DNA from: Desulfuromonadales bacterium
GTDB lineage: Bacteria; Desulfobacterota; Desulfuromonadia; Desulfuromonadales; JACZKF01
Direction: 5' to 3'
Assembly (NCBI GenBank): GCA_041677125.1
Contig: JBAYQP010000007.1
Span: 13,998-77,997, forward strand
Length of the DNA: 64,000 nucleotides
The translations under genes were made by a program, and so were the position numbers. Of the stretch, positions 1-11,282 are shown piece by piece (position 1 is the first letter of the stretch; each line of letters opens with the position of its first letter). The notes under the pieces are model-generated. The model was not told the origin of the DNA and ran no database searches. It saw only the letters and a program-made list of their open reading frames with translations.

Positions 1-447
1 CGTGATCCTTTAGGCTCCGGGTATCACATCATCCAGTCGAAGATCGCCGTCGGCAGCGGCGGATTTCTTGGGCGCGGGTATATGCAGGGAACCCAATCCC
101 AGCTTTCCTTCCTTCCCGAACGGCATACCGATTTTGCTTTCTCGGTTTTTGCCGAAGAGTGGGGATTCATCGGGTCGCTCTTTCTGCTCCTTATCTATCT
201 GTTCATCATCATCTGGGGGATGTACATTGCGCGCCGCGCCGGCGATAAGTTCGGCATGTTCCTCGCGTTGGGGGTCGTTGCCATGCTGTTCTGGCATATC
301 GTCGTCAACCTGGGCATGGTGATCGGTCTGCTGCCCGTTGTCGGTGTTCCTCTGCCGCTCTTTTCCTATGGAGGAACAAGCATGGTGACGTCCATGATTG
401 GCGTCGGCCTGCTTCTCAACATCAGCATGCGGCGGTTCATGTTTTAG
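1..447 (+). CDS. rodA: Peptidoglycan glycosyltransferase RodA (SEDS family), C-terminal part; the 5' end lies outside the window
   Basis: Frame 1 is open from base 1. The translation ...[27 protein letters not shown]...[18 protein letters not shown]... matches conserved C-terminal RodA/SEDS motifs. Stop at 445-447. Confidence 0.85.
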   Translation, partial: RDPLGSGYHIIQSKIAVGSGGFLGRGYMQGTQSQLSFLPERHTDFAFSVFAEEWGFIGSLFLLLIYLFIIIWGMYIARRAGDKFGMFLALGVVAMLFWHIVVNLGMVIGLLPVVGVPLPLFSYGGTSMVTSMIGVGLLLNISMRRFMF

Positions 448-532
448 TGGCGGCTGTCGGGTGATCGCTCACCTGAAAACTGCTATACTAGCGGTGTTGC
501 TTTTCAACGGAGAATGAACGATTAAAGAAGCG

Positions 533-1561
533 ATGTTCTGGGAGAAAGCCCCGGCAGGAAAGGTGAAGTGTTCTCTCTGCCGCTTTGGCTGCACCATCCC
601 CGATGGCCGGCGCGGCCTCTGCGGCGTAAGGGAAAACCGTGGCGGGACTCTGACCACTCTGGTTTACGGCCAGGCGATCGCCGAGCATATCGATCCCATC
701 GAAAAAAAGCCGTTGTTTCATTATCATCCCGGATCGCAAAGCCTTTCCGTTGCTGCGGCGGGGTGCAACTTCCGCTGTCTTCACTGTCAGAATTACCAGA
801 TTTCTCAACTGTCTTCCTGCCAGGCAATTCCGGGCCAGCCGCTGTCGCCGGCCGAAATCGTCCGCCGGGCGCAGGCGTCCGGCTGCCTCAGCATTTCCTA
901 CACCTACACCGAGCCGACCATCTTCTACGAGTACGCCTTCGATACCGCTGTGCTGGCCCATGAGCATGAAATCGGCAACGTTTTTGTCACCAACGGCTAC
1001 ATCGGCGAGGCGGCCCTCCGGCATATAGCGCCGTATCTGGATGCGGCCAATGTCGACCTGAAGGGATTTTCCGAGAAGTTCTACGGCGAAATTACCGGCG
1101 CCACCCTGCAGGGAGTGCTGGATTCCTTGCGGATTTACAAGCAACTGGGGATTTGGCTGGAAATTACCACCTTGATCATCCCCGGTCACAACGACAGCGA
1201 TGCCGATTTGCAGGGGATCGCCCGCTTTATCGCCGACGAACTCGGTCCGGAAGTCCCCTGGCACGTCACCGCATTCCATCCGACCTACCGCATGCTCGAC
1301 TGTCCGCCCACCCCGATGGAAACCTTGCGCCGGGCGCGCCGGATCGGTCGGGATGCCGGTTTGCAGTATGTTTATCAGGGAAATTTGCCAGGGGAGGGGG
1401 GAGAAAATACCTACTGTCCGGGATGCGGCCAATCGGTCATCGAGCGTTCGGGCTTTCGCCTTGGCGCCATACGGCTGCGGGACGGCCGCTGTATCCATTG
1501 CGCCACCCCGGTGGCGGGAATCGGCATGTCCGCCCCACCATCCGGCAGCCGCCATTCTTGA
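533..1561 (+). CDS. amrS: AmmeMemoRadiSam system radical SAM enzyme (PFL-activase-like)
   Basis: 342-aa ORF with a canonical CNFRCLHC (CX3CX2C) cluster after HYHPGSQSLSVAAAG. Extra Cys pairs are present at the N-terminus (CSLCRFGC) and C-terminus (CPGCG...CIHC), as in the AmrS family. Confidence 0.8.
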   Translation: MFWEKAPAGKVKCSLCRFGCTIPDGRRGLCGVRENRGGTLTTLVYGQAIAEHIDPIEKKPLFHYHPGSQSLSVAAAGCNFRCLHCQNYQISQLSSCQAIPGQPLSPAEIVRRAQASGCLSISYTYTEPTIFYEYAFDTAVLAHEHEIGNVFVTNGYIGEAALRHIAPYLDAANVDLKGFSEKFYGEITGATLQGVLDSLRIYKQLGIWLEITTLIIPGHNDSDADLQGIARFIADELGPEVPWHVTAFHPTYRMLDCPPTPMETLRRARRIGRDAGLQYVYQGNLPGEGGENTYCPGCGQSVIERSGFRLGAIRLRDGRCIHCATPVAGIGMSAPPSGSRHS

Positions 1562-1595
1562 GCAGCAGCAAAAACAGATTCCGACGGCCTGTGCG

Positions 1596-2918
1596 TTAAT
1601 CGGTGGGATCGCCTGGCTTTTCGCCCCGGCGCTGGTCTTCCCAGTAAGCCAGGCGTTCTTTGATCAGCTTTTCGTAACCGCGTCCGGCCGGTCGGTAGAA
1701 GCGCCGGTCGCGCAGCGCTTCGGGTAGATAATCCTGGGCCACATAGGCATCCGGGTACTCATGGGCATAGCGGTAACCGCGCCCATATCCGAGCTCCTTC
1801 ATCAGCCCGGTGGGGGCGTTGCGGACAGCCAGCGGCACCGGCAGCGCGCCGCTGTTGCGCACTTCGGCCAGCGCTTCCTCAATCCCCCGGTAGGAGGCAT
1901 TGCTCTTCGGGGCGGTAGCCAGATAAGTAACCGCCTGAGCCAGGTTGATGCGTGCTTCCGGCAAGCCGACGAAATGCACCGCCTGCTGCACTGTCACCGC
2001 CATCTGCAGGGCGCGCGGGTCGGCGTTGCCGATATCCTCGGAAGCGAAAACGACCATGCGCCGCACGATGAAAAGCGGGTCCTCCCCCGCCTCCAGCATC
2101 CGCGCCAGCCAATAGAGGGCGGCATCGGGATCGGAGCCGCGCAGGCTTTTGATGAAGGCCGAAATAACGTTGTAATGCTCCTCGGCGCCCTTGTCGTACA
2201 ACAGCGCTTTTTTCTGCAACGCCTCCTGCAATTCGGCAACGCTAAGGCAATTGCTCTGCGCCGTTGCCGCCGCCACCTCCAGGGTGTTCAGGGCGATGCG
2301 GGCATCTCCTTGCGCCTGCTCGGAGAGCCAGTCGAGGGCCTCTTCGGACAACTGCAGTTTTTTTTCCGCCATCCCGCGCGGATCGGAAAGGGCGCGCTGC
2401 AAAAGGGTTTTTATGGCTGCGGGCGGCAGGGGTTGCAGGACGAAAACCCGGGAGCGGGAGAGAAGGGCGGAATTGATTTCAAAGGAGGGATTTTCGGTGG
2501 TTGCGCCGATAAGAATGATATCGCCGCGCGCCACGTAGGGGAGATAAGCATCCTGCTGCGCCTTGTTGAAACGATGGATCTCGTCGACAAAGAGCAGGGT
2601 CTTGCGGCCATGATAGGCCCTTTCCTCCTTCGCTCTGGCGACAATTTCCCTGACCTCTTTAACGCCTTGCAAAACGGCGGAGAAAAAGACCATCCGACTG
2701 GCCGTAGCCGCCGCGATGACCTGTCCGAGGGTGGTTTTGCCGGTGCCCGGCGGTCCCCAGAAAATGACCGAGGCGACCTGGTCCGTTTCGATCAGCCGGC
2801 GCAGCACCTTGCCTTCGCCCAGCAGATGCTCCTGTCCCACCATCTCCGCCAGATTGCGCGGGCGAAGGCGTTCCGCCAACGGCAGAGTTCCCGTCTGATT
2901 GCTTTCAAAGAGGTTCAT
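1596..2918 (-). CDS. rarA: Replication-associated recombination protein A (AAA+ ATPase RarA/MgsA)
   Basis: The track ORF is 600 aa, but family similarity starts at MNLFESNQ (ATG 2918-2916). It has Walker A GPPGTGKTT, Walker B LLFVDEIHRFNK and the MgsA C-terminal helical domain (DPDAALYWLARM). Confidence 0.9.
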   Translation of the reverse strand: MNLFESNQTGTLPLAERLRPRNLAEMVGQEHLLGEGKVLRRLIETDQVASVIFWGPPGTGKTTLGQVIAAATASRMVFFSAVLQGVKEVREIVARAKEERAYHGRKTLLFVDEIHRFNKAQQDAYLPYVARGDIILIGATTENPSFEINSALLSRSRVFVLQPLPPAAIKTLLQRALSDPRGMAEKKLQLSEEALDWLSEQAQGDARIALNTLEVAAATAQSNCLSVAELQEALQKKALLYDKGAEEHYNVISAFIKSLRGSDPDAALYWLARMLEAGEDPLFIVRRMVVFASEDIGNADPRALQMAVTVQQAVHFVGLPEARINLAQAVTYLATAPKSNASYRGIEEALAEVRNSGALPVPLAVRNAPTGLMKELGYGRGYRYAHEYPDAYVAQDYLPEALRDRRFYRPAGRGYEKLIKERLAYWEDQRRGEKPGDPTD

Positions 2919-3062
2919 CGGTAATTCCCGTGCTGAAAATGAGATCCTCACTATACGCGCCCCATCCCGCCCGTTCAAGGGCGTAAGCCGGCGAAAGCGA
3001 TGGACTTCATTGATGGCGTATGCTACACATCCAACATTTGCCAACCAACAGATGGGATACGC

Positions 3063-3917
3063 ATGAAACGAGTCGGCATCTACGCAAAACGCAATCATCC
3101 CGGCGCCGTGAAGATCGCCAGGGAAGTTGCCGTCTGGTTGCAGGAACAGGGAATCGCGGTCTTCGCCGAGCAGTCTCTGGCCGAGGAGATGGGGAGCATC
3201 GTCGGTTATCCCGGCGGTTCGATTCCGCCTCTGGTCGATCTCATCATTGTCCTTGGCGGCGATGGAACGCTGATTTCCGTGGCCCGTCAGGTGGGCGACC
3301 TGCGCACTCCGATTCTCGGAGTGAACCTGGGGAGCCTCGGCTTTCTGACCGAGATCACTCTGGAGGAAATTTATCCCATCCTCGAACGGGTGGTCCATGG
3401 CGACTACACCGTTTCCGACCGGATGATGCTGGATGCCATCGTGCGTCGCAAAGGGCGGGAAATCGATCGATTCCGCGTCCTGAACGATGTCGTGATCAAC
3501 AAGGGAGCTCTGGCCCGGATCATCGATATGGAAACCTGCGTCGACGGCTCCTATCTGACCACCTTCAAGGCCGATGGCCTGATTATCGCAACGCCAACCG
3601 GTTCGACCGCGTATAATCTGGCGGCCGGCGGACCGATCATCTATCCAGGTCTCAACTGCCTGGTGCTCTCACCCATTTGTCCGCACATGCTGACCAATCG
3701 CCCCATTATCGTTTCCGATGAATCGGTGATCCAGGTGGAGGTCAAATTCCAGGGTCAAGATGTGGTGTTCACTGCGGACGGTCAGGTCGGCATGCCCTTG
3801 GAAGGCGGAGATGTTGTCGAGGTCAGAAAATCGCTCAGCAGCACCCTGCTGGTGACCAGCCCGATGAAGGATTATTTCGAGGTGCTGCGAACAAAACTCA
3901 GATGGGGGCAACGATAA
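3063..3917 (+). CDS. nadK: NAD(+) kinase
   Basis: Contains the GGDGTLISVARQ, NLGSLGFL and ATPTGSTAYNLAAGGP motifs. The start is moved to MKRVGIYAK (ATG 3063) inside the 3000..3917 ORF. Confidence 0.9.
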   Translation: MKRVGIYAKRNHPGAVKIAREVAVWLQEQGIAVFAEQSLAEEMGSIVGYPGGSIPPLVDLIIVLGGDGTLISVARQVGDLRTPILGVNLGSLGFLTEITLEEIYPILERVVHGDYTVSDRMMLDAIVRRKGREIDRFRVLNDVVINKGALARIIDMETCVDGSYLTTFKADGLIIATPTGSTAYNLAAGGPIIYPGLNCLVLSPICPHMLTNRPIIVSDESVIQVEVKFQGQDVVFTADGQVGMPLEGGDVVEVRKSLSSTLLVTSPMKDYFEVLRTKLRWGQR

Positions 3918-3979
3918 GTCCAGATTTTTCCTGAGCTGCCCATTTTGGCAACTTTTAGCCGTTTACCTTATTTCTTGCC

Positions 3980-5644
3980 ATGCTTATCGAACTCAATATC
4001 CGCAACTTTGCCATTATCGATCGCCTCCAGGTGTCTATCGGACCAGGGTTGAGCGTGCTGACGGGGGAGACCGGCGCCGGTAAATCGATCATCATCGACG
4101 CCGTTGGACTCCTTCTCGGCGCGCGGGCGCGCCCGGAGTTGATCCGCACCGGAGAAGAAGAAGCGACTGTCGAGGCGCTCTTTGATCTGTCCGCACAGCC
4201 GGAAGTGCGCCAGGAGCTCAAGGAAAATGGTTTCGATAGCGATGCGGAACTGATGGTGAAGAGAACCATCTCCCGCGCCGGTAAAAACCGGGTCTATATC
4301 AACGGGTCCTTGGCCAAACTGGCGCAACTACAGGCGATCGCCGGCCGTTTACTCACCATCTACGGACAGCATGAACACCAGCAACTGCAACGGATCGAAA
4401 CCCATCTGGGCCTGCTCGACCGGTTTGCCGCCCTCGCTGGGGAAATCGGCGCCTACCGGCACTTCTTCCGGGAGTTGGGCGAAACCTCGGCGCGTCTGCA
4501 GCAACTGGAAGCGGCCGAACGGCAGCGCCAACAACGCCTGGAACTGCTGGAACACCAGAGTCGTGAACTTGCCGACGCCGGACTGCTGGAGGGCGAGGAC
4601 GAGGAATTGGCGGCGGAGCGGCTGCTGCTGCAGAATGCCGCTCGGCTGACCGCGGTCGCCGAAGGCGGTCACAACCTTCTCTACGGCGCCGAAGGGGCCG
4701 TTTGTGAAAACATCGGATCGGTGGCCGACGATCTGGAGGCTCTGGCCGGGGTTGAACCGCGTTTTGGAAAAATGGCCGAATCCTTGCGTACTTGCCAATA
4801 CACCTTGGAGGACGCGGCGGGACAATTGCGCAGCTATGGCGGCCAGATCGCCTTCGACCCCGAACGCCAGGCCCACGTCGAGGCGCGACTGGCCCAGCTA
4901 TCGGTTTTGAAGAAAAAATATGCGCCAACCATCGGGGCAATCGTCCGCTATCAGGAAGAAATCGCGCGCGAGATAGAAAGTTTGGGTGAGCTTGAAACCT
5001 CCCGGGAGGAACTGCAACTAAAAGCCGTCGCCATTCGCGAACGCCTGTTGCAAGCGGGAGCGGAGCTGTCGCTGGCCCGCCGCCAGGCGGCCAGTCGGTT
5101 GCAAGAGGCGGTCGAAGGGGAATTGAAGGACCTGTTGATGGAGAAGGCTCGCTTCGAAATGCGTTTTTTCCCGTTGGCCGAGCCCGGTTCGCAGGGATTG
5201 GAGAGGGGTGAGTTTTACCTGACGCCGAACCCCGGCGAAGAGCCGCGGCCGCTGGCCTGGATCGCCTCGGGGGGAGAGTTGTCGCGCATCATGCTGGCGC
5301 TCAAGCGCGCCGCTCCCGAGAGCGAGGCCATTCCCACGCTGATTTTCGACGAAGTCGATACCGGGGTCGGCGGCACGGCCGCCACCGCCGTGGGCGGTAA
5401 ATTGAAGGGGGTTGCCGACCGTGCACAGGTGCTCTGTATCACCCACCTGCCTCAGGTGGCGGCATTTGCCGACACCCATTTGCGGGTGGAAAAACAGGAG
5501 GACGAGGGAAGAACCAGAACCCTCGTCGTACATCTGGACGGCGAGGAACGCGTCAGGGAAATGGCCCGCATGCTCGGCGGCTCTCTGGTGACCGAAAAGA
5601 CCCTGGAGCATGCCAGGGAGATCATTCTGCGCTCCGCGGGGTAA
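3980..5644 (+). CDS. recN: DNA repair protein RecN
   Basis: 554 aa with N-terminal Walker [15 protein letters not shown], a long coiled-coil middle, the SMC signature [14 protein letters not shown] and Walker [13 protein letters not shown]. Confidence 0.95.
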   Translation: MLIELNIRNFAIIDRLQVSIGPGLSVLTGETGAGKSIIIDAVGLLLGARARPELIRTGEEEATVEALFDLSAQPEVRQELKENGFDSDAELMVKRTISRAGKNRVYINGSLAKLAQLQAIAGRLLTIYGQHEHQQLQRIETHLGLLDRFAALAGEIGAYRHFFRELGETSARLQQLEAAERQRQQRLELLEHQSRELADAGLLEGEDEELAAERLLLQNAARLTAVAEGGHNLLYGAEGAVCENIGSVADDLEALAGVEPRFGKMAESLRTCQYTLEDAAGQLRSYGGQIAFDPERQAHVEARLAQLSVLKKKYAPTIGAIVRYQEEIAREIESLGELETSREELQLKAVAIRERLLQAGAELSLARRQAASRLQEAVEGELKDLLMEKARFEMRFFPLAEPGSQGLERGEFYLTPNPGEEPRPLAWIASGGELSRIMLALKRAAPESEAIPTLIFDEVDTGVGGTAATAVGGKLKGVADRAQVLCITHLPQVAAFADTHLRVEKQEDEGRTRTLVVHLDGEERVREMARMLGGSLVTEKTLEHAREIILRSAG

Positions 5645-5695
5645 CCCGTTTTCTGGCGGCATGCCAGTGCCTGAAAATGGCGAAAGGATGTTCCC

Positions 5696-6145
5696 ATGAT
5701 TCGCAAAGCGCGCATCTCGGATGCCAAGGCGATTCACAAACTTCTTGCCGATTTTGCCCGCGACGGTTTGATGCTGCCACGCTCGCTGTCGGATCTGTAT
5801 GAGGCGATCCGCGATTTTTATGTTTTCGAGGAAGCAGGCCAGGTGGTCGGGACGGTGTGCCTGCACATCTGCTGGGAAGATCTCGCCGAAGTACGCTCCC
5901 TGGCCGTGGCCAAGGATAACAGTGGACAGGGGATCGGACGGCAACTGGTGGTCGCCTGCCTCGATGAAGCCCGGCAGGTGGGCGTACACAGGGTTTTCGC
6001 CCTGACCTATCAGCAGGCCTTTTTCGAAAAGCTTGGGTTTGGTTTAATCGAAAAATCCGAACTGCCGCATAAAATCTGGAGCGACTGTCTGAAGTGCGCC
6101 AAATTCCCCGATTGCGACGAAATTTCGGTGAGTATCGACTTGTAA
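5696..6145 (+). CDS. GNAT family N-acetyltransferase (ArgA C-terminal-domain-like)
   Basis: 149 aa with GNAT motif A (LAVAKDNSGQGIGRQLV) and the typical beta-alpha layout. The specific substrate is not inferable. Confidence 0.75.
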   Translation: MIRKARISDAKAIHKLLADFARDGLMLPRSLSDLYEAIRDFYVFEEAGQVVGTVCLHICWEDLAEVRSLAVAKDNSGQGIGRQLVVACLDEARQVGVHRVFALTYQQAFFEKLGFGLIEKSELPHKIWSDCLKCAKFPDCDEISVSIDL

Positions 6146-6283
6146 ATACTATGTTTGTTGTTAAAAATATTCAAATTAAAGGTTGAATGGTTCCAAAAAG
6201 ATTGACAAAAGGGGGTTTTGTTGATTAATCTCCACCTTCATTAAATTATTCCGGTCTCTGACCACCGCTTCAGGGAGGGCTTT

Positions 6284-7150
6284 TTGTCAGCTAAAAAGTT
6301 TACGATACTGGTAATACCGGAGGGATCGCACCGCGTCCGGCGCTTTAACGTGAAGCGCGGCGCCATTGGCGCTTGCCTTGGCTTGTGCCTTACCGTGGCG
6401 CTGGCCATATCGTGGATGACCTTCGATTATTTCCAGAACGGTCTGGACCGCGATGAGCTCCATCGCCTGAAAGCGCAAAACCGCCAGCAGGAAAAAGAAC
6501 TGCAACGCCTGACCGCCAGCATCGGGGATTTGCGGCAGGAAATGGTGGTTCTGGCGCAAAACGACGCCAAGGTTCGTGTCCTGTCCCAACTGTCCAAGCC
6601 GCGTCCGGAAACCCTGGTCGGCATGGGCGGGCCGCCGGAAAGCGACAGCGACGATCTCTCCACTTTGCAGCGACAAATCGACGAATTGCGCACGGCCATC
6701 GATCTGCGGCGTGAAAGTCAGGAAGAGATTCAGGGCTTTCTCAACGACCAGCGCTCGTTGCTGGCGGCAAAACCCAAGGGATGGCCGGTCAAGGGATGGT
6801 TGACCTCAACTTTTGGGATGCGCAAATCACCTTTCACCGGGCGTCTGAAAATGCATGAGGGGTATGATATCGCCGCCCGCACCGGCACGGCGGTAACCGC
6901 CACCGCCGACGGTATTGTCAGCCGGGCCGAAACCGCCCCGGGCTATGGCAAACTGGTGGTCATCGACCATGGCTACGGCTATAAAACATACTATGGACAC
7001 AATTCGCAATTGCACGTCAAAGTCGGCCAGCGCGTGGTGCGGGGAGATAAAATAGCCGCGGTCGGCAACACCGGCAGTTCGACCGGTCCGCATCTGCATT
7101 ACGAAGTGCGCCTGAATGGCGTCCCGCTCAGTCCAAAAAAATTCCTCTGA
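6284..7150 (+). CDS. M23 family metallopeptidase (murein endopeptidase-like) with N-terminal TM and coiled coil
   Basis: TTG start. It has a TM segment, a coiled coil (LKAQNRQQEKELQRL) and the LytM/M23 motifs HEGYDIAA ... GNTGSSTGPHLHYEV. Confidence 0.85.
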   Translation: MSAKKFTILVIPEGSHRVRRFNVKRGAIGACLGLCLTVALAISWMTFDYFQNGLDRDELHRLKAQNRQQEKELQRLTASIGDLRQEMVVLAQNDAKVRVLSQLSKPRPETLVGMGGPPESDSDDLSTLQRQIDELRTAIDLRRESQEEIQGFLNDQRSLLAAKPKGWPVKGWLTSTFGMRKSPFTGRLKMHEGYDIAARTGTAVTATADGIVSRAETAPGYGKLVVIDHGYGYKTYYGHNSQLHVKVGQRVVRGDKIAAVGNTGSSTGPHLHYEVRLNGVPLSPKKFL

Positions 7151-7170
7151 TTCTCTCTCCACCAATCTGC

Positions 7171-7199
7171 AACCCCGGCGCTCCCGGGGTTTTTTGTTT
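7171..7199 (+). terminator. Rho-independent terminator after the M23 peptidase gene
   Basis: An 8-bp stem AACCCCGG/CCGGGGTT with a 5-nt loop is followed by a T-run. Confidence 0.7.
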
Positions 7200-7349
7200 G
7201 CCGGCGGTTTTTCGCGTCTGGCTTGCTCCTGTTGGCTTTCTTCTTGTCGGGGTTTGAGCCATATGCTAGAATTTGCAGGTTTTGCCGACGAAGATGGCCG
7301 GCCCGGGCGGATTGCCCGTCCGCCGAGATAATTCCTGGAGAATACCTTA

Positions 7350-10043
7350 ATGTTGAGTGTATTGCTGAAGAAAATCGTGGGCAGCAAGAACGAGCGTGAA
7401 TTGCGCCGTCTGCAACCCATCGTCGATAAAATCAATGAGTTCGAGACATCGATTGCTCCCCTGTCCGACGATCAGCTTGCGGGGAAAACCGTAGAATTTC
7501 GCCAGCGGCTCGATAAAGAGGAATCCCTGGACAGCCTGTTGCCCGAGGCGTTCGCCGTGGTTCGCGAGGCGAGCAAGCGTGTCCTTGGCATGCGGCATTT
7601 CGACGTGCAGATGATCGGTGGAATGGTTCTGCATATGGGCAAGATCGCCGAAATGAAAACCGGCGAGGGGAAAACCCTGGTGGCCACCCTGCCGGCCTAT
7701 CTCAATGCGCTGACCGGCAAGGGCGTGCACGTCATCACCGTCAACGATTATCTTGCCCGGCGCGACTCGGAATGGATGGGGCAGATTCATCGTTTTCTCG
7801 GGCTCAGCGTCGGCGTGATCGTGCACGGCCTCACCGACGAGCAGCGCAAGCAGGCCTATGGCTGCGACATCACCTACGGGACGAACAACGAATTCGGCTT
7901 CGACTACCTGCGGGACAACATGAAATTCGCCCTGCCCGACTACGTGCAGCGGCCGCTGAATTTTGCCATTGTCGACGAGGTCGACTCCATCCTTGTCGAC
8001 GAGGCGCGCACCCCGCTGATCATCTCCGGGCCGAGCGAGACTTCCAGCGATCTTTACAATACGGTCAACCGTATCATCCCGATGCTGAAGAAGGGGGAAA
8101 TGATCGAGCATCGGGACGGCAAGATCGGTCCGGCGACCAAGGAATACACCGGCGATTTCACCGTCGATGAAAAAGCCAAAGCGTCTTCGCTTACCGAAGA
8201 GGGCGTGGCCAAAGTCGAACGGCTGCTCGGGATCGAGAACCTCTACGACCCGCGCCATATCGAGGTGCTGCACCATGTCAACCAGGCACTCAAGGCGCAT
8301 GCTTTGTTCCGGCGCGATGTCGACTACGTGGTGAAAGACGGCGAGGTGATGATCGTCGATGAATTCACCGGACGCCTTATGCCGGGCCGGCGCTGGAGCG
8401 ACGGCCTGCACCAGGCGGTGGAAGCCAAGGAAGGGGTGAAGATCGAAAACGAGAATCAGACGCTCGCGACCATCACCTTTCAGAATTATTTCCGTATGTA
8501 CAACAAACTCGGCGGCATGACCGGCACCGCCGACACCGAAGCCGCCGAATTTCACGAGATTTACAAGCTTGAGGTCATGGTCATCCCGACCAACCGGCCC
8601 ATGATCCGGCGGGACAATCCGGATGTGATCTACAAGACCGAAAAGGAAAAATTCAACGCGGTCATCGAAGATATCATTGAGAGCAACCGAAAAGGGCAGC
8701 CGGTGCTGGTCGGCACGATTTCCATCGAGAAATCGGAAACCCTCGCCGAAATGCTGCGCAAGCGCGGTATTCCGCACAACGTTCTCAACGCCAAGCACCA
8801 TGAGCGGGAAGCCGAAATCGTCGCCCAGGCCGGCCGTCGGGGGGCTGTGACCATCGCCACCAATATGGCCGGCCGCGGCACCGACATTATCCTCGGCGGC
8901 AACCCGGAGATGCTGGCGCGTCGCGAAGCGGCCACCGCTGAGGATGCCGAGGCGATTTTCCCCGGCCTTTTGGAGAAGTATCGGCAAATTTGCGCCCAAG
9001 AGCGCGAAGATGTTCTCGCGGCCGGCGGATTCTATATCCTCGGCACCGAGCGGCACGAATCGCGACGCATCGACAATCAGCTGCGCGGGCGTTCCGGACG
9101 GCAGGGGGATCCGGGGCAAAGCCGTTTTTACCTCAGCCTTGAAGACGATCTGCTGCGCATCTTCGGTTCGCACCGGGTGGCCTTTGTCATGGATAAGCTG
9201 AAGATTCCGGAGAATGAGCCGATTGAGCACGGCATCATTTCGCGGGCGATCGAAAACGCACAGAAGAAGGTGGAAGGGCATAACTTCGAAATCCGCAAGC
9301 ATCTTCTCGAATACGACGATGTGATGAACCGCCAGCGCGAGGTCGTTTATACCCAGCGGCGGGAGGTGCTCGGCGGCGAGAACATCCGGGAAACGGTGGA
9401 CGGCATTCTGGCGGAAACGGCCGAGGATATTGTGGCGACGTTCTGTCCGGAGAAGACGCCTGCGGCCGAATGGCAGTGGGAAAACCTGAACGAGGATTTC
9501 CACACTCAATTCAATTTTTCGCCGGATCTACCCGATTCCACCACCCCGGGACTGACCCGCGATACGCTGGAAAGCGCCCTCAAGGAACAGATCCGGCAAC
9601 GGATGGCGGAACGCGAAGCGGAATTCACCACCCCGGTCATGGAGCACCTGATGAAGGTGCTGCTGCTGCAGACCATCGACACGCAATGGAAAGATCACCT
9701 GCTGTCCATCGACCATCTCAAGGAGGGGATCGGTCTTCGCGGCTACGGGCAGCGCAATCCAAAGGAAGAGTACAAGAAGGAAGCATACGGCCTGTTCATG
9801 GAAATGATGGGTCGCATTCGCCAGGAAATCATCCAGAAATTATTCCGGGTCCAGTTGGCGCGCCAGGATGACGTCGAACGCATGGAAGAGGCCGAACATC
9901 GCCGGCGGCGCCTGATTCTGAATCGGGCCGGCGGCGGCGATCAGCAGCCCAAACCGATGACCCGTGAAGGGGACAAGGTCGGACGCAACGATGCCTGCCC
10001 CTGCGGCAGCGGCAAGAAATATAAAAAATGCTGCGGTAAGTAG
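7350..10043 (+). CDS. secA: Preprotein translocase ATPase SecA
   Basis: 897 aa with motor motifs [13 protein letters not shown] and [19 protein letters not shown], and the C-terminal zinc finger [14 protein letters not shown]. Confidence 0.97.
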   Translation: MLSVLLKKIVGSKNERELRRLQPIVDKINEFETSIAPLSDDQLAGKTVEFRQRLDKEESLDSLLPEAFAVVREASKRVLGMRHFDVQMIGGMVLHMGKIAEMKTGEGKTLVATLPAYLNALTGKGVHVITVNDYLARRDSEWMGQIHRFLGLSVGVIVHGLTDEQRKQAYGCDITYGTNNEFGFDYLRDNMKFALPDYVQRPLNFAIVDEVDSILVDEARTPLIISGPSETSSDLYNTVNRIIPMLKKGEMIEHRDGKIGPATKEYTGDFTVDEKAKASSLTEEGVAKVERLLGIENLYDPRHIEVLHHVNQALKAHALFRRDVDYVVKDGEVMIVDEFTGRLMPGRRWSDGLHQAVEAKEGVKIENENQTLATITFQNYFRMYNKLGGMTGTADTEAAEFHEIYKLEVMVIPTNRPMIRRDNPDVIYKTEKEKFNAVIEDIIESNRKGQPVLVGTISIEKSETLAEMLRKRGIPHNVLNAKHHEREAEIVAQAGRRGAVTIATNMAGRGTDIILGGNPEMLARREAATAEDAEAIFPGLLEKYRQICAQEREDVLAAGGFYILGTERHESRRIDNQLRGRSGRQGDPGQSRFYLSLEDDLLRIFGSHRVAFVMDKLKIPENEPIEHGIISRAIENAQKKVEGHNFEIRKHLLEYDDVMNRQREVVYTQRREVLGGENIRETVDGILAETAEDIVATFCPEKTPAAEWQWENLNEDFHTQFNFSPDLPDSTTPGLTRDTLESALKEQIRQRMAEREAEFTTPVMEHLMKVLLLQTIDTQWKDHLLSIDHLKEGIGLRGYGQRNPKEEYKKEAYGLFMEMMGRIRQEIIQKLFRVQLARQDDVERMEEAEHRRRRLILNRAGGGDQQPKPMTREGDKVGRNDACPCGSGKKYKKCCGK

Positions 10044-10071
10044 AAAGCTGCAAGAACGCTGATTTCAGGAG

Positions 10072-11277
10072 ATGGACATGGAATCGAAAGATAAATTGCT
10101 GGTAAAAGGCTTCCGCTTCGCGGCGACCGCAGCCGGAATTAAAAAGTCGGGCAAGCGCGATCTGGCCCTGATCTGCTCCGATACGCCGGCGCGTTGCGCC
10201 GGCGTGTTTACCACCAATCGCGTCGTTGCCGCGCCGCTGGTCGTCTCCACGCCGCGAATCCGGACCGGCCTTTGCCAGGCGGTGCTGGTGAACAGCGGCA
10301 ATGCCAATGCCTGCACCGGCGAGTCTGGCTTGCGCGACGCCCGGCGCTGCGGTGAACTTACGGCGCAAGCATTGGGGATTGCAGAAGAACTGGTAGCTGT
10401 ATCTTCCACCGGAGTGATCGGTGCGGCGTTGCCGATGGAGAAATTCGAGCAGCATGTTCCCGCCCTGGCCGGCCAACTGGCGGCGGACGGTCTGGAAGAT
10501 GTGGCGTGGGCGATCATGACCACCGATTTGTTCCCCAAACTGGCGACGGCCGAAGGACGCGTCGGCGCCGCCGCTTACCATATGGCGGGCGTCGCCAAGG
10601 GCGCGGGGATGATCCACCCCAACATGGCCACCATGTTGGCCTTTGTGCTCACCGACGCGCAGGTGGAAGCCGATTTTCTCCAGGCGGCCTTGCGGCGAGC
10701 GGTCGATACATCCTTCAACTGCATCTCCGTCGATGGCGATACCTCCACCAACGACATGGTGCTGCTGCTGGCCAACGGCGCCGGCGGCGCCGGCGAAATT
10801 GTCGGTGGCACCGCTGAAGCCGCAGCTTTTGAGGAGAATTTGCACGCTGTTTTGCTCGATCTGGCGAAGATGATTGTACGCGATGGCGAAGGGGCGACCA
10901 AATTGGTGCAAATCCGCATCAAAGGCGCCATCGATCAGGCAGAAGCCCGCCTTGCCGCGCGCAGCGTCGCCACCTCCAATCTCGTCAAGACCGCCTTCTT
11001 CGGCGAAGATGCCAACTGGGGGCGGATTATCGCCGCTGTTGGTTATTCCGGCGCGCAGGTTGATCCGGACCGGGTGGCGATCTCTTTCAACGACGTGCCG
11101 GTGGTGCGCAATGGCGTCTCCACCGGCAAGGAGATGGAGGAGAAGGCGACCGCCATCCTCAAAACGCCCGAATTCACCGTCACCGTCGATCTGCGGCAGG
11201 GGGACGGCGAAGCGTTCTATTACACCTCCGATCTGACCTACGATTACGTCCAAATAAATGCGGCTTATAGAACCTGA
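10072..11277 (+). CDS. argJ: Bifunctional ornithine acetyltransferase / N-acetylglutamate synthase ArgJ
   Basis: 401 aa of the ArgJ family, with the autoproteolysis site PNMATMLAFVLTDA. Confidence 0.95.
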   Translation: MDMESKDKLLVKGFRFAATAAGIKKSGKRDLALICSDTPARCAGVFTTNRVVAAPLVVSTPRIRTGLCQAVLVNSGNANACTGESGLRDARRCGELTAQALGIAEELVAVSSTGVIGAALPMEKFEQHVPALAGQLAADGLEDVAWAIMTTDLFPKLATAEGRVGAAAYHMAGVAKGAGMIHPNMATMLAFVLTDAQVEADFLQAALRRAVDTSFNCISVDGDTSTNDMVLLLANGAGGAGEIVGGTAEAAAFEENLHAVLLDLAKMIVRDGEGATKLVQIRIKGAIDQAEARLAARSVATSNLVKTAFFGEDANWGRIIAAVGYSGAQVDPDRVAISFNDVPVVRNGVSTGKEMEEKATAILKTPEFTVTVDLRQGDGEAFYYTSDLTYDYVQINAAYRT

Positions 11278-11282
11278 AAAGC

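Noticed and set aside
2919-3398. 160-codon upstream extension of the rarA ORF
   Set aside because: There is no family similarity upstream of MNLFESNQ. The extension would also run through the divergent nadK promoter and start region.
7347-9509. 720-aa ORF antisense to secA
   Set aside because: It lies entirely within the strongly conserved secA coding region on the opposite strand. Its translation is low-complexity (R/G/P/H-rich) with no recognisable motifs. It is a typical stop-codon-poor antisense frame of high-G+C DNA.
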